Assembly: GCA_965261635.1 (NCBI GenBank)
Contig: OZ253463.1
Span: 931,448-995,447, forward strand
Length of the DNA: 64,000 nucleotides
DNA from: Chloroflexota bacterium
GTDB lineage: Bacteria; Chloroflexota; UBA11872; VXOZ01
Direction: 5' to 3'
Below the pieces are notes generated by a model. That model was not told where the DNA came from, searched no databases, and saw only the letters and a list, made by a program, of their open reading frames with translations. Of the stretch, positions 40,502 through 48,944 are shown piece after piece (position 1 is the first letter of the stretch; every line of letters starts with the position of its first letter). Position numbers and translations under genes: made by a program.

Positions 40502-40924
40502 TCAACTGTCGGTGTCGCTCCACAGATACCGCCCGGTTACACTCGAGACTAAAACTATGATCACATCAACAAACGCCCAAATGACCTGATTAGCGGTCGA
40601 CTCGCCCTCTATACCGAAATTCAGAAAGTTGAACCAATTTGAAAAGAACCAGAGAGCCAGCATGACCGTAATGTACGTTGCCAAGTTGACTTCCAGATAT
40701 TCACGCGTAATCGCCCCATCCGAACCCCGGCTCAAAGCACGTTTGCGCTGATAGTTGACGACCAATGCGATCACAATTGCCAGGGCAATCGGCCAATCCA
40801 AGATGCCCCACACATCGACGGTACCCAGCGCATTTCGATAGAAGGAATTAAACACAAAGTGCACCGCCACTACGAGCGCGACGCCAATGAGGAAAACCGA
40901 CAAGAGCTTCTTGACTGCTCCCAT
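40502..40924 (-). CDS. Hypothetical 4-TM membrane protein
   Basis: Hydrophobic profile and GGAGAAAC-type RBS region. No family recognised. Confidence 0.55.
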   Translation of the reverse strand: MGAVKKLLSVFLIGVALVVAVHFVFNSFYRNALGTVDVWGILDWPIALAIVIALVVNYQRKRALSRGSDGAITREYLEVNLATYITVMLALWFFSNWFNFLNFGIEGESTANQVIWAFVDVIIVLVSSVTGRYLWSDTDS

Positions 40925-41402
40925 GAGAGTTTCTCCTTCTAACTATGTGAGATGCTAACGATCCGTTGGGATGAGTTGCTGGTAGCGTGCATATTCATTT
41001 GCGCATGGCCGACGCTTACAGTGAAGTGCGACGGCACAGATTGATCAACTGCTTCATTCAGGGTCCTCTTGCACTAGCCTAAAGGCTACGCGCTAGTTCA
41101 GGTCCCGTCTGCCGGCGTGTGGCGCGCTGTATCGCAGCAATGGAGTGGTTGGGAGAATGTTAGTCAAGGTGTTGTGTGAGGATCGTGTGGTGGGTCGAGC
41201 ACTCAAGGGAGCACACGTGCTGAATCTACAGGCCGACGGGTAGCTTACTTGAGTTAGGATTGCAGGCATTAATCCGTTCTCTTACGCTTTCTCTTCGCCG
41301 GGCCATCAGCTCAATTATGCGATGCTGCGCCACCCTACGTTTGCGCCTAGATTAATGTTTCCTGCAGCCACATCCTCCTATCCTTGCTGCCTAGCTACAA
41401 AG

Positions 41403-41440
41403 CTGCACCGGCGCCGAAATCTCTAATGGCACCGGTGCAG
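41403..41440 (-). terminator. Hairpin downstream of nrdJ
   Basis: ctgcaccggcgcc / ggcaccggtgcag (13 bp, one mismatch), 32 nt after the stop. On the minus strand it is followed by cuuugu. Confidence 0.35.
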
Positions 41441-41471
41441 TTGCAGGAGGCCTGGGATCCTTAAGAGGGAG

Positions 41472-43892
41472 TTAGCAACGTGAGTATCCGCAGACGAGGC
41501 ACTTCTCGCAGCCTTCTTCGTAGACGACACCGGCCGCGCCACAGTCCGGGCAGATCTCGCCATGCCGCGACTCGTGGCTCGGGCTTGCGGACCGCGCACC
41601 GGACAAGCCGAGTTGCACTACTGACGCCTCTTCGGCGGCGGCAGCGCCGTTAATGCCGTTCGCGCCTGTGGAAATGTTGTAAATCTCGGCGATCACCTGT
41701 GCAATCGCATCGGGTATCGAGAGGATGCGGTTGGGGCCGATACCCATCACGTCAACCGAGCCGATGCCGCGCAAGTGCTTGTGATACTGCTTGATCGGAA
41801 CGCCGCTCCGCAGACCGAGCGTGATCGAGCGCGCCAGCGCCTCCAAATATGCTTGGTCTGCCGTACCGGCTTTGCCGAGGGTAAGGAAGATCTCGATGGG
41901 ACGGCGATCTTCGCCTTCACCGGTGGAGTTGATGGTCACGTAGAGGTCGCCACGCGCCGTAACCTTCTCCACAGTCACGCCTGACACCACGGCCGGTCGC
42001 TTACGCGGGTGCATTTCTACCGGCACCGCCGCGCTGTTTGCCTCTTGTTTGTCCGCGCCTTTGTCAACGGCCTCTTCCTTCTTCTTCTCCACGCGAGAGA
42101 GCACCGGTGTGCGTGAGCCGTCGCGGAAGAAGGTGATACCCTTGCAGCCAAGGTCGTAGGCAAGGGTGTAGAGCTTATCGACGTCGGCTATCTCATAAGA
42201 ATTCGGCGCGTTGACGGTTTTCGAAATGCTGGAGTCCGTATATTCCTGGATGACGGCCTGCACGCGCACGTGGTCCTCCGGACGCAGGTCGTTGCTGGAG
42301 GCGAAGTAGTCCGGCACGGGCTCGCCGTCATGCGCATCTTGCCACTCTTTGAAAAGCGGGTGGTAGAGGATGTGTTCGCCGGTGCGGTCGACGCGCTTCA
42401 TGGCAAAGTCAAACACCGGCTCAATGCCGCTTGAAACGCCGGAAAGCAGTGACGTGGTGCCGGTAGGCGCCTGCGTGAGGATTACACCGTTGCGGACGCC
42501 ATGCGTGGCAATCTGCTCTTGCAACGCCGCGGGCAACTGCCGGATGAACGAGCCTTGCATGTACTTTTCACTGTCGAATTGCGGAAAAGGCCCTTTTTCC
42601 TTGGCGATCTCCATAGATGCGCTATAGGAAGCATCGCGGATGGTCCGGTAGATGCGTTCGACGATGGGCATCGACTGCTCACTGCCGTAGCGCACCCTCA
42701 TCTTGATGAGCGCATCGGCGAGACCCATAGTGCCCAGGCCCGTCCGGCGCGTGCCGTTACGCTGTTGCTGCTCGTTTTCCTCGATGAAGTACGGCGTTGC
42801 ATCGATGACGTTATCGAGAAAGCGAATGGCGACCTTTGATGTCTTGGCCAGCAATTCGTAGTCCATCACGCCGTCTTCCACGAATGCCGAGAGGTTGATG
42901 GCTCCGAGATTGCACACGCCCCATGCGGGCAGCCCTTGCTCGCCGCAAGGGTTCACGCAGCGGATTTTCTCGAAATACCAGGTGTTGGAGCGCTTCTGGT
43001 AGCGCTCCATGAAGACCAAGCCGGGCTCTGCCGAGCGCCAGGCAGCTTCGCAAATCTTGGCCCAGATTTCACGCGCCTTGAGCGTGCGATAGACCTTGAC
43101 GGGCTTGCCGCGAGCGCGCCAGGCGGCCAAATCGCCGTTCCACAACTCGTCGTACTCCGGATCGGTCGTGTCCGGAAAAACCAGATCCCAGGTGCCGTCT
43201 GCCTTAACTGCCTCCATGAAAGAGTCGGAAGCGCAGATGGAAAGGTTTGCGTGGTTGATGCGGGAGAGATCGGTCTTGACCGTGATAAGCTCTTCGATGT
43301 CCGGGTGCCAATCGTCCAGCATGAGCATGAGTGCGCCGCGGCGCGAGCCGCCCTGCTGAATCACATCGCCGGTGGCTACCGAGTACAACTCACCCCAGGA
43401 GCACGGCCCGCTGGCGGTACCGTTCACTGATCGAATGTAAGAGCCGCGCGGCCGAAGACTGGAAAGATTGATGCCCACGCCGCCGCCCCTCGCCATGATC
43501 TCCGTCATGACGCTGAGGTTCTCCAGAATGCCGCCGCGGCTGTCCTGCGGCGAAGGAATAACGTAGCAATTGTAAAACGTGACCTCATGGCCCGTGCCCG
43601 CGCCCGCCAGGATGCGCCCGCCAGGCACGAATTTGAAGTCCTGCAGCGCCCGGTAGAATTTTTCTTCCCATGCAATGCGGTTTTCTTCTCCTTCTTCCGC
43701 GGCGGCAATGCCGCGCGCGACGCGACGCCACATCTGCTCCGGGTAGTGCTCCAAAGCGGCGCCGGTCTCGTCTTTGTTGGAGTACCGGTCGGCAAATACC
43801 TTCTGCCGGATGCCGTCGAGCATGGTGCCGGTTTCGGGCTCCGTTATCGGCTGCCCGTTGGTGCTTCTGCCGTTGGTATGAATGACTGCCAT
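41472..43892 (-). CDS. nrdJ: Class II (adenosylcobalamin-dependent) ribonucleotide reductase
   Basis: FYNCYV, CVNPCGEQGLP active site, SKTVNAP, C-terminal CPDCG...CEKCLVCGYSRC zinc finger. Confidence 0.95.
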   Translation of the reverse strand: MAVIHTNGRSTNGQPITEPETGTMLDGIRQKVFADRYSNKDETGAALEHYPEQMWRRVARGIAAAEEGEENRIAWEEKFYRALQDFKFVPGGRILAGAGTGHEVTFYNCYVIPSPQDSRGGILENLSVMTEIMARGGGVGINLSSLRPRGSYIRSVNGTASGPCSWGELYSVATGDVIQQGGSRRGALMLMLDDWHPDIEELITVKTDLSRINHANLSICASDSFMEAVKADGTWDLVFPDTTDPEYDELWNGDLAAWRARGKPVKVYRTLKAREIWAKICEAAWRSAEPGLVFMERYQKRSNTWYFEKIRCVNPCGEQGLPAWGVCNLGAINLSAFVEDGVMDYELLAKTSKVAIRFLDNVIDATPYFIEENEQQQRNGTRRTGLGTMGLADALIKMRVRYGSEQSMPIVERIYRTIRDASYSASMEIAKEKGPFPQFDSEKYMQGSFIRQLPAALQEQIATHGVRNGVILTQAPTGTTSLLSGVSSGIEPVFDFAMKRVDRTGEHILYHPLFKEWQDAHDGEPVPDYFASSNDLRPEDHVRVQAVIQEYTDSSISKTVNAPNSYEIADVDKLYTLAYDLGCKGITFFRDGSRTPVLSRVEKKKEEAVDKGADKQEANSAAVPVEMHPRKRPAVVSGVTVEKVTARGDLYVTINSTGEGEDRRPIEIFLTLGKAGTADQAYLEALARSITLGLRSGVPIKQYHKHLRGIGSVDVMGIGPNRILSIPDAIAQVIAEIYNISTGANGINGAAAAEEASVVQLGLSGARSASPSHESRHGEICPDCGAAGVVYEEGCEKCLVCGYSRC

Positions 43893-44027
43893 GGCGGGAT
43901 TCTCCCTATATCCTCCCTAGTTCTTCCTAGATGTAAGCGACAAAGCACAGCTTGCGCAAAGGAAGAAATGAACAAGAGGCCAATGTACTTGCTATACGTC
44001 GGAGCGATAACCCTATCTGTTACGACG

Positions 44028-44081
44028 CACAGTATATCTTGGTGTAGAGGAAATTACAAATTACAAGATATGGGGTTTCAA
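44028..44081 (-). promoter_or_regulatory. Putative nrdJ promoter (TTGAAA-N17-TGTAAT) with two NrdR-box-like sites
   Basis: Minus strand: TTGAAA (44081-44076), spacer containing ACCCCATATCTTGT, TGTAAT (44058-44053), then CACCAAGATATACTGTG (44044-44028). Both sites are imperfect versions of the ACAC-ATAT-GTGT NrdR palindrome. Confidence 0.35.
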
Positions 44082-44353
44082 GGGATTACTAGGGTATTTT
44101 GGCAGTTTTTTCGCCTCTTTGCAAATAATGTCTCGCGGCGGGTTGACATGCGCAACGATAGGTATATATGTAGCATACCACACGCCCCTGAATTGGTGAT
44201 TAAGAGTCCAAATCGGAATTCACGAGGGTGCCAGATTAGGCGGCGTTGGGAAGGGGAAAATGAAAAGGGAAAAGGGGCTTAAGTAACGTTCAGCGACTAA
44301 GATATTTAGGTCAAAAAATTGTCGTTCTGCTGGTCACAGAGCGGTGATAGACT

Positions 44354-44914
44354 CTAGCACCCCTTTTGCTCCGCCGTAGGGTTCTCCCTATCGCACTCCC
44401 ACCGCGCCGGGTTGTCGTGGATGTACTGGCGAATCTTTGTCAGAGACTCTTCGCTGCGCACAACGTGCTCGAAGTAATTCCGTTGCCAGAGGGGTCTGCC
44501 GGAGAGCCCATGCGCAGAATTGACCCGTTTCGTGCTGACGGTCTTGAATGCGCCAATCAGACGTCCCAAGGGCTTACGTTTGCCGTCCGGTGAGGCCGCT
44601 CCGGTAGGGGCGGTTCGCGAACCGCCCCTACGCGTGTCGTCAGTGATCATGATGATGCCGTGGAGATGGTTCGGCATGACGACGAATTCGTCCAACACTA
44701 CGTAAGGGTATTGGGTCCCCAGCCACTGCCAGGCATCGGACGCCAATAGGCCTGTATTGTTCAGGCACATATTGCCATCTACTATCTCACCGAACAGACA
44801 CGCCCGTCCTTGGACAACCACGGTCACAAAGTAAGCGCCCACCTGCGAATAGTCGTAACCCTTTAGGCGGATAGAACGCCGACGCCGGCTGTCTGGAGCG
44901 TAGGGGCTACTCAT
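44354..44914 (-). CDS. REP-associated tyrosine transposase (RAYT; IS200/Y1 HUH family), apparently intact
   Basis: RLKGYDYSQ.GAYFVT, HUH motif MPNHLHGII, LGRLIGAFKT.STKRVN, WQRNYFEHVVRSEESL..IRQYIHDNPARW. Confidence 0.85.
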   Translation of the reverse strand: MSSPYAPDSRRRRSIRLKGYDYSQVGAYFVTVVVQGRACLFGEIVDGNMCLNNTGLLASDAWQWLGTQYPYVVLDEFVVMPNHLHGIIMITDDTRRGGSRTAPTGAASPDGKRKPLGRLIGAFKTVSTKRVNSAHGLSGRPLWQRNYFEHVVRSEESLTKIRQYIHDNPARWECDRENPTAEQKGC

Positions 44915-44973
44915 CGCAATCTCTCCCTTTGCTCAGAGGATGGCCAGCGCAACGCCGGCCCGGGTGAGGGTGG

Positions 44974-45393
44974 TTATTGAAAGTCCCAGGGACTAATGAC
45001 AGCTACTTCCACGTAGTCGAAGTCGCGGACGTTGCGCGTTGCGATCGTCAGGACATTGCTCTGTGCTATTCCTGCAATGAGGGCATCGCCGAGGTCGAGA
45101 GGTCTGCCCATGCGGCGGGCCTGCGCTCGGAGACGGGCAGCACTTTCCGCCGCAGGCCTGTCCAAAGCGAGAATGCGGTCGGCGTATGTCGAAATGATAT
45201 TCGTTAGCAGGGCTTGTAAGTGGTCGCGGCGGCGCCCTTGCGGGAGCAATTGAACGCCGTATTCCAACTCGTGTACGACCAACGACGGCAGCCAGAGGTC
45301 TTCTTGCTCGGCCAAGAACGCGATTACACCCGGGTGCGGAACTTCTCGCGTCATTTCCGAGAGCACGTTTGTATCCAGGAGAAAGCCGCTCAC
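44974..45393 (-). CDS. vapC: PIN-domain toxin VapC
   Basis: FLLDTNVLSE, HELEYG, DLGDALIAGIA, TRNVRDF acidic-residue pattern. 4-nt overlap with the antitoxin gene. Confidence 0.88.
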   Translation of the reverse strand: MSGFLLDTNVLSEMTREVPHPGVIAFLAEQEDLWLPSLVVHELEYGVQLLPQGRRRDHLQALLTNIISTYADRILALDRPAAESAARLRAQARRMGRPLDLGDALIAGIAQSNVLTIATRNVRDFDYVEVAVISPWDFQ

Positions 45394-45668
45394 TCAGTGT
45401 CTCCGCAAACGAACGGAATCTCCCGACGGGAATCGCGGTCGCGTGGGATTTCGAGGTTCGCGCCCCGCGGGACGTTCTCTATCAGCCACTGCCCCAGCGG
45501 CTTGCGTGGGGATGTCTTCTCGTACCAGGTGTCGGCGGGCACGATGACACAGGGATTGCGGATGCCGATATGCTGCGGCCCCTCGGATTCCGCGAGCCGC
45601 AGGATCTCAGAGAGCCGCGCCTTAGCCTCGGCCACGGTCCAAACGCGATGGGTATCAGATCCTTTCAC
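45390..45668 (-). CDS. Phd/YefM-type antitoxin
   Basis: VWTVAEAKARLSEILRLAESEGPQHIGIRNPCVIVPADTW. AAGGAG lies 8 nt upstream of GTG 45668. Confidence 0.8.
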   Translation of the reverse strand: MKGSDTHRVWTVAEAKARLSEILRLAESEGPQHIGIRNPCVIVPADTWYEKTSPRKPLGQWLIENVPRGANLEIPRDRDSRREIPFVCGDTE

Positions 45669-45687
45669 GTGTAAGACTCCTTAAGAA

Positions 45688-45730
45688 TATAGACTAGTCT
45701 AGTATAGACTAGTTAGAGGAATAGATGCAA
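45688..45730 (-). promoter_or_regulatory. TA promoter (TTGCAT-N18-TATACT) overlapping a direct-repeat operator
   Basis: TATAGACTAGT occurs at 45688-45698 and 45703-45713, separated by CTAG. On the minus strand TTGCAT is 45730-45725 and TATACT is 45706-45701. Confidence 0.5.
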
Positions 45731-45828
45731 GTGCTTAACGCAGACACAGACGAACCGCGCGTGCCACTAGCCGCTAGCGAATACTCGGGCAAGCGGTCCC
45801 GGATCGGCATTGGTTCCTGCGGAGGTAG

Positions 45829-46366
45829 TCATAGACCTTCCGGCGCTTGTTGCACCACCCTGGGGTTCTCCCTATCGAACTCCCACCGCGCCGGGTTATC
45901 GTGGATGTCTGGCGAATCTTTGTCAGAGACTCTTCGCTGCGCACGACGTGCTCGAAGTAATTCCGCTGCCAGAGAGCCCATGCGCACAATTGACCCGTTT
46001 CGTGCTGACGGTCTTGAATGCGCCTATCAGACGTCCCAAGGGCTTACGTTTGCCGTCCGGTGAGTCTGCTCCGGTAGGGGCGGTTCGCGAACCGCCCCTA
46101 CGCGTGTCGTCAGTGATCATAAGGATGCCGTGGAGATGGTTCGGCATGACGACGAATTCGTCCAACGCCACGTAAGGGTATTGGGCTTCCAGCCACTGCC
46201 AGGAATCGGACACCAATCGGCCTGTATTGTTCAGGCACATATTGCCATCCACTATCTCACCGAACAGACACGCCCGTCCTTGGACAACCACGGTCACAAA
46301 GTAAGCGCCCGCCTGCGCATAGTCGAATCCCCGCAGGCGGATCGACCGGCGTCGCCGACTGTTTGA
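45829..46366 (-). pseudogene. Decayed second RAYT copy
   Basis: Strongly similar to 44354-44914, but has a 13-nt deletion (ccagag|gggtctgccggag|agccc in copy 1), a 1-nt deletion (gtactgg vs gtctgg) and no ATG upstream of ..RRRRSIRLRGFDYAQAGAYFVT. Confidence 0.8.
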
Positions 46367-46411
46367 AAGCTGGCTGAAAGAGCTTACTTAACTCTGTTCT
46401 AACTCAGATTG

Positions 46412-46618
46412 TCACTGGATGGAATGCGGCCAAACCGGGACCTCCCATCGGGATTCGCAGTTGTGGGGAATCACTAGGTTCGTTCCAGACGGGATGTTCT
46501 CTACCAGCCACTGCCCCAAGGGCTTGCGCTGCAGCCTCGTGGCGTTCAAGTCCTTCGCAGGCGCGACGCGGAAGGACTGATGCCGCCGAATTCTGAAGTT
46601 TGGAATTCTGGGCAACAA
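46412..46618 (-). pseudogene. C-terminal remnant of a second Phd-type antitoxin
   Basis: ..RKPLGQWLVENIPSGTNLVIPHNCESRWEVP aligns with RKPLGQWLIENVPRGANLEIPRDRDSRREIP of 45390-45668. The N-terminal ~35 aa and the partner toxin are missing. Confidence 0.65.
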
Positions 46619-46655
46619 TATTGATGGTATGCTGTCCTACCTCGTAATACTCCGG

Positions 46656-48392
46656 CTACGGGCGATACTCCAAAAGCGCCGATCTGCCAACGATAGCAAC
46701 GATTCGTACTATTACCTCCCTTCCATCGGCATCCGTTAATCGCAGGATTTCGCCTGGCACAAAGTTGACCGGCTGCTGCTTCCCTTCGTTGATGGAGACA
46801 TTGGAAGCGTATAGATACGTCCGGTCATGAGTATCGCGAATAGGGTTCAGCCTACCCTTGAGCCCCGGTATGTAACCTGTGGCCTCAGAGAAGATGACAC
46901 TTCCACCCTTGATGGCTTTAAGCTCTACTGCTAGTGCCCCCTGGTACGGCAGCCATTCGTGTTCCAAGTGTGCGGCGTAGCCGGGGGCAGAGGCGAAAAC
47001 GGTCATAGGAAGATGGGTCGTGTAAAGGTCTATATTCGCTTCACCGTTTTCGTCAGTGGTTGCATTCTTCCAGGTCTTGTCGGGATAGAGGGCTAGCAGG
47101 TTTGCGCCAGGTAAGGGCTGTCCCGCAGACCGCACAGTGATGACAGCAATGGCGGGGCTTTGCTCTTGCACTGCCGCAGGGATAGTAAGGCACACTTCAG
47201 AGTTATCGATCAATCGGTATTCGGGGAGCATTCCAGTAAGCTCCCTTGTCTCGCGCAGGATGATCGGGACACCGTCTCCCCGCCGTTCCATGTAGTATTG
47301 TCTTTGCTCCGAACCACGAACTCTGCCTACCGGCATTTTCCCTAACACAGAGGTCAGCACTTCGTTGCGAGTCGCTTGTCGCTCCGCCATGCTCTCCACA
47401 GTTAGGTTGTTTGGCAATGAGCCTGGCGATTGAATCTCTAGGCGGTCCTCGAATATCGAAAAGCGAATCTTGCTTCCGCGTATTGAGTAGTCGCGATGTG
47501 CAACGGCGTTTACTAGAGCCTCGAACAACGCCATCTGGCTGTACTGTGGAATATCCACGCGCGCTGGCACCTTGCGGGCAGCGACATGCATGTTCCTGGT
47601 CGCGAAAGCCATTGCATTGGCGACTTGTAGATTAAGCGGGCCAGTAATCTCTTGCGCGTCAATTTGCCCGGAAGCTCGGTGGCTTCCTCTGTAGCGGGTC
47701 GCCGTGATGCAAGCATTGGGGAGCCAAGTCTCAGGATTCTGGGTACACAGCAACACTCCAGCCACCGTGGCACGTAGGATCCCGGCCTCGTCGTTGGCCA
47801 GGAGCGCCAACTTTTCGAGCGCAGACTCAGGCCTTGCAGCGCCTTCCGCGCTCAAGAGGGGTTTCCAAAGCGTTTCCTCCAGAGTGTTGAATCCTGTATT
47901 CTGAACGGTCTGTTCATCGAATGACGGAAACCGCGCCTGTCCCCTGCGCTGTGCCAAACGCAGACGCTCGTCACTCGTCATCTTGCGTTTAGAGCCGCCA
48001 ACACGAACATAACTCTCTCCGCGGGTCTCGTGTTGAGCATCTCCTTCCGGAACGGTGACCAGTAAGAAGGACTTCCCATCAGCGAGTTGTCTATGATAGG
48101 TGCTGATTCGGACAGCCGGCTTGATTGCGTCCGAACTAACCTCGACCAGGAGGGAATCCAACGCGACGATCTGTTCTCGCGACATGCCCTGCACTTGGCC
48201 GTCGTCTGTGACACCGCATAGCAACACTCCGCCATTCGCATTGGCGAACGCTGCGATTTCGTCTGCCCAGTCGTCGCGAGCGGGGCTTTTCGGATGATTG
48301 CCGGCGAATTCTACGGACTTGAATTCCCAGGTGCTATCCTCGCCCAATTTCAGCTGACGCTGGATGTCTTTGTTGCTGTATGCCATTGGCAA
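46656..48392 (-). CDS. AlbA_2 (Schlafen-type) + HATPase_c_4 protein with extra C-terminal beta domains
   Basis: STWEFKSVEF..ADEIAAFANANGGVLLCGV.DDG.V.G (AlbA_2), FEALVNAVAHRDYS..GSKIRFSIFEDRLEIQSPGSLP (HATPase_c_4), then ~175 aa with VITVRSAGQPLPGANLLA..TTDENGEANIDL..ASAPGY (CarboxypepD_reg-like). Confidence 0.8.
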   Translation of the reverse strand: MPMAYSNKDIQRQLKLGEDSTWEFKSVEFAGNHPKSPARDDWADEIAAFANANGGVLLCGVTDDGQVQGMSREQIVALDSLLVEVSSDAIKPAVRISTYHRQLADGKSFLLVTVPEGDAQHETRGESYVRVGGSKRKMTSDERLRLAQRRGQARFPSFDEQTVQNTGFNTLEETLWKPLLSAEGAARPESALEKLALLANDEAGILRATVAGVLLCTQNPETWLPNACITATRYRGSHRASGQIDAQEITGPLNLQVANAMAFATRNMHVAARKVPARVDIPQYSQMALFEALVNAVAHRDYSIRGSKIRFSIFEDRLEIQSPGSLPNNLTVESMAERQATRNEVLTSVLGKMPVGRVRGSEQRQYYMERRGDGVPIILRETRELTGMLPEYRLIDNSEVCLTIPAAVQEQSPAIAVITVRSAGQPLPGANLLALYPDKTWKNATTDENGEANIDLYTTHLPMTVFASAPGYAAHLEHEWLPYQGALAVELKAIKGGSVIFSEATGYIPGLKGRLNPIRDTHDRTYLYASNVSINEGKQQPVNFVPGEILRLTDADGREVIVRIVAIVGRSALLEYRP

Positions 48393-48707
48393 CCTAGTCC
48401 ATAAGGCGAAGGCCTCTTAGTTTCCCTTACTATGTGTCCTATTTCCCAGCTTCCTGTCCCGAGACTGAGATGGCCTTCGGTTTGGCAGAACCAGCCAAGT
48501 ACTCTTATGAGAGGGGAACAAGATGAACAAACGTCACCATGAGTTAGATGCGCAACACACGAATTACACATCCATGCCGATGTATCAACAGCCATAGAGC
48601 GCGCTGCCAGCAAAATGCCTGTCGTGTTGCAGGATCACTTCACCTTGCGCCGAGAGGCGACGCTTCCATTCATGTAACAGCGATACTCCGTTAGGTTCCT
48701 GTGGCTC

Positions 48708-48944
48708 CTATGCCAAGTGCCTTAGTACCTCGTCGTGGTCGGGGAAGCGGCCTGCTTGGTGTTTGGAGAAGATGACGTTGTTATCGAGGGTTACTTCGAA
48801 GGCGCCGCCGCCGGAGGGGATGAGTTCCAGGCTCTCCAGATCGTGTTCGTATTCATTCAGCACTTTTTCCGCCAAACTGACGGCTTTCGGGAGGTAGCCT
48901 CACGAGGTGCAGTATTCGATGCTGAGACGATGCTTCTCGGCCAT
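48708..48944 (-). CDS. SelW/Rdx-family protein with in-frame TGA (putative selenocysteine, CxxU)
   Basis: Own translation: MAEKHRLSIEYCTS-U-GYLPKAVSLAEKVLNEYEHDLESLELIPSGGGAFEVTLDNNVIFSKHQAGRFPDHDEVLRHLA*. TGA at 48902-48900 replaces the second Cys of the Rdx CxxC motif. AAGGAG RBS is upstream of ATG 48944. Confidence 0.75.
48869..48883 (-). other. Candidate SECIS apical hairpin for the SelW-like gene
   Basis: mRNA CCGUC-AGUUU-GGCGG starts 16 nt after the UGA. Short 5-bp stem, weak on its own. Confidence 0.3.

Noticed and set aside
43587-44282. 231-aa plus-strand ORF spanning the nrdJ start and its upstream region.
   Set aside because: It overlaps the nrdJ N-terminus in antisense and then runs through AT-rich promoter DNA. 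No motifs.
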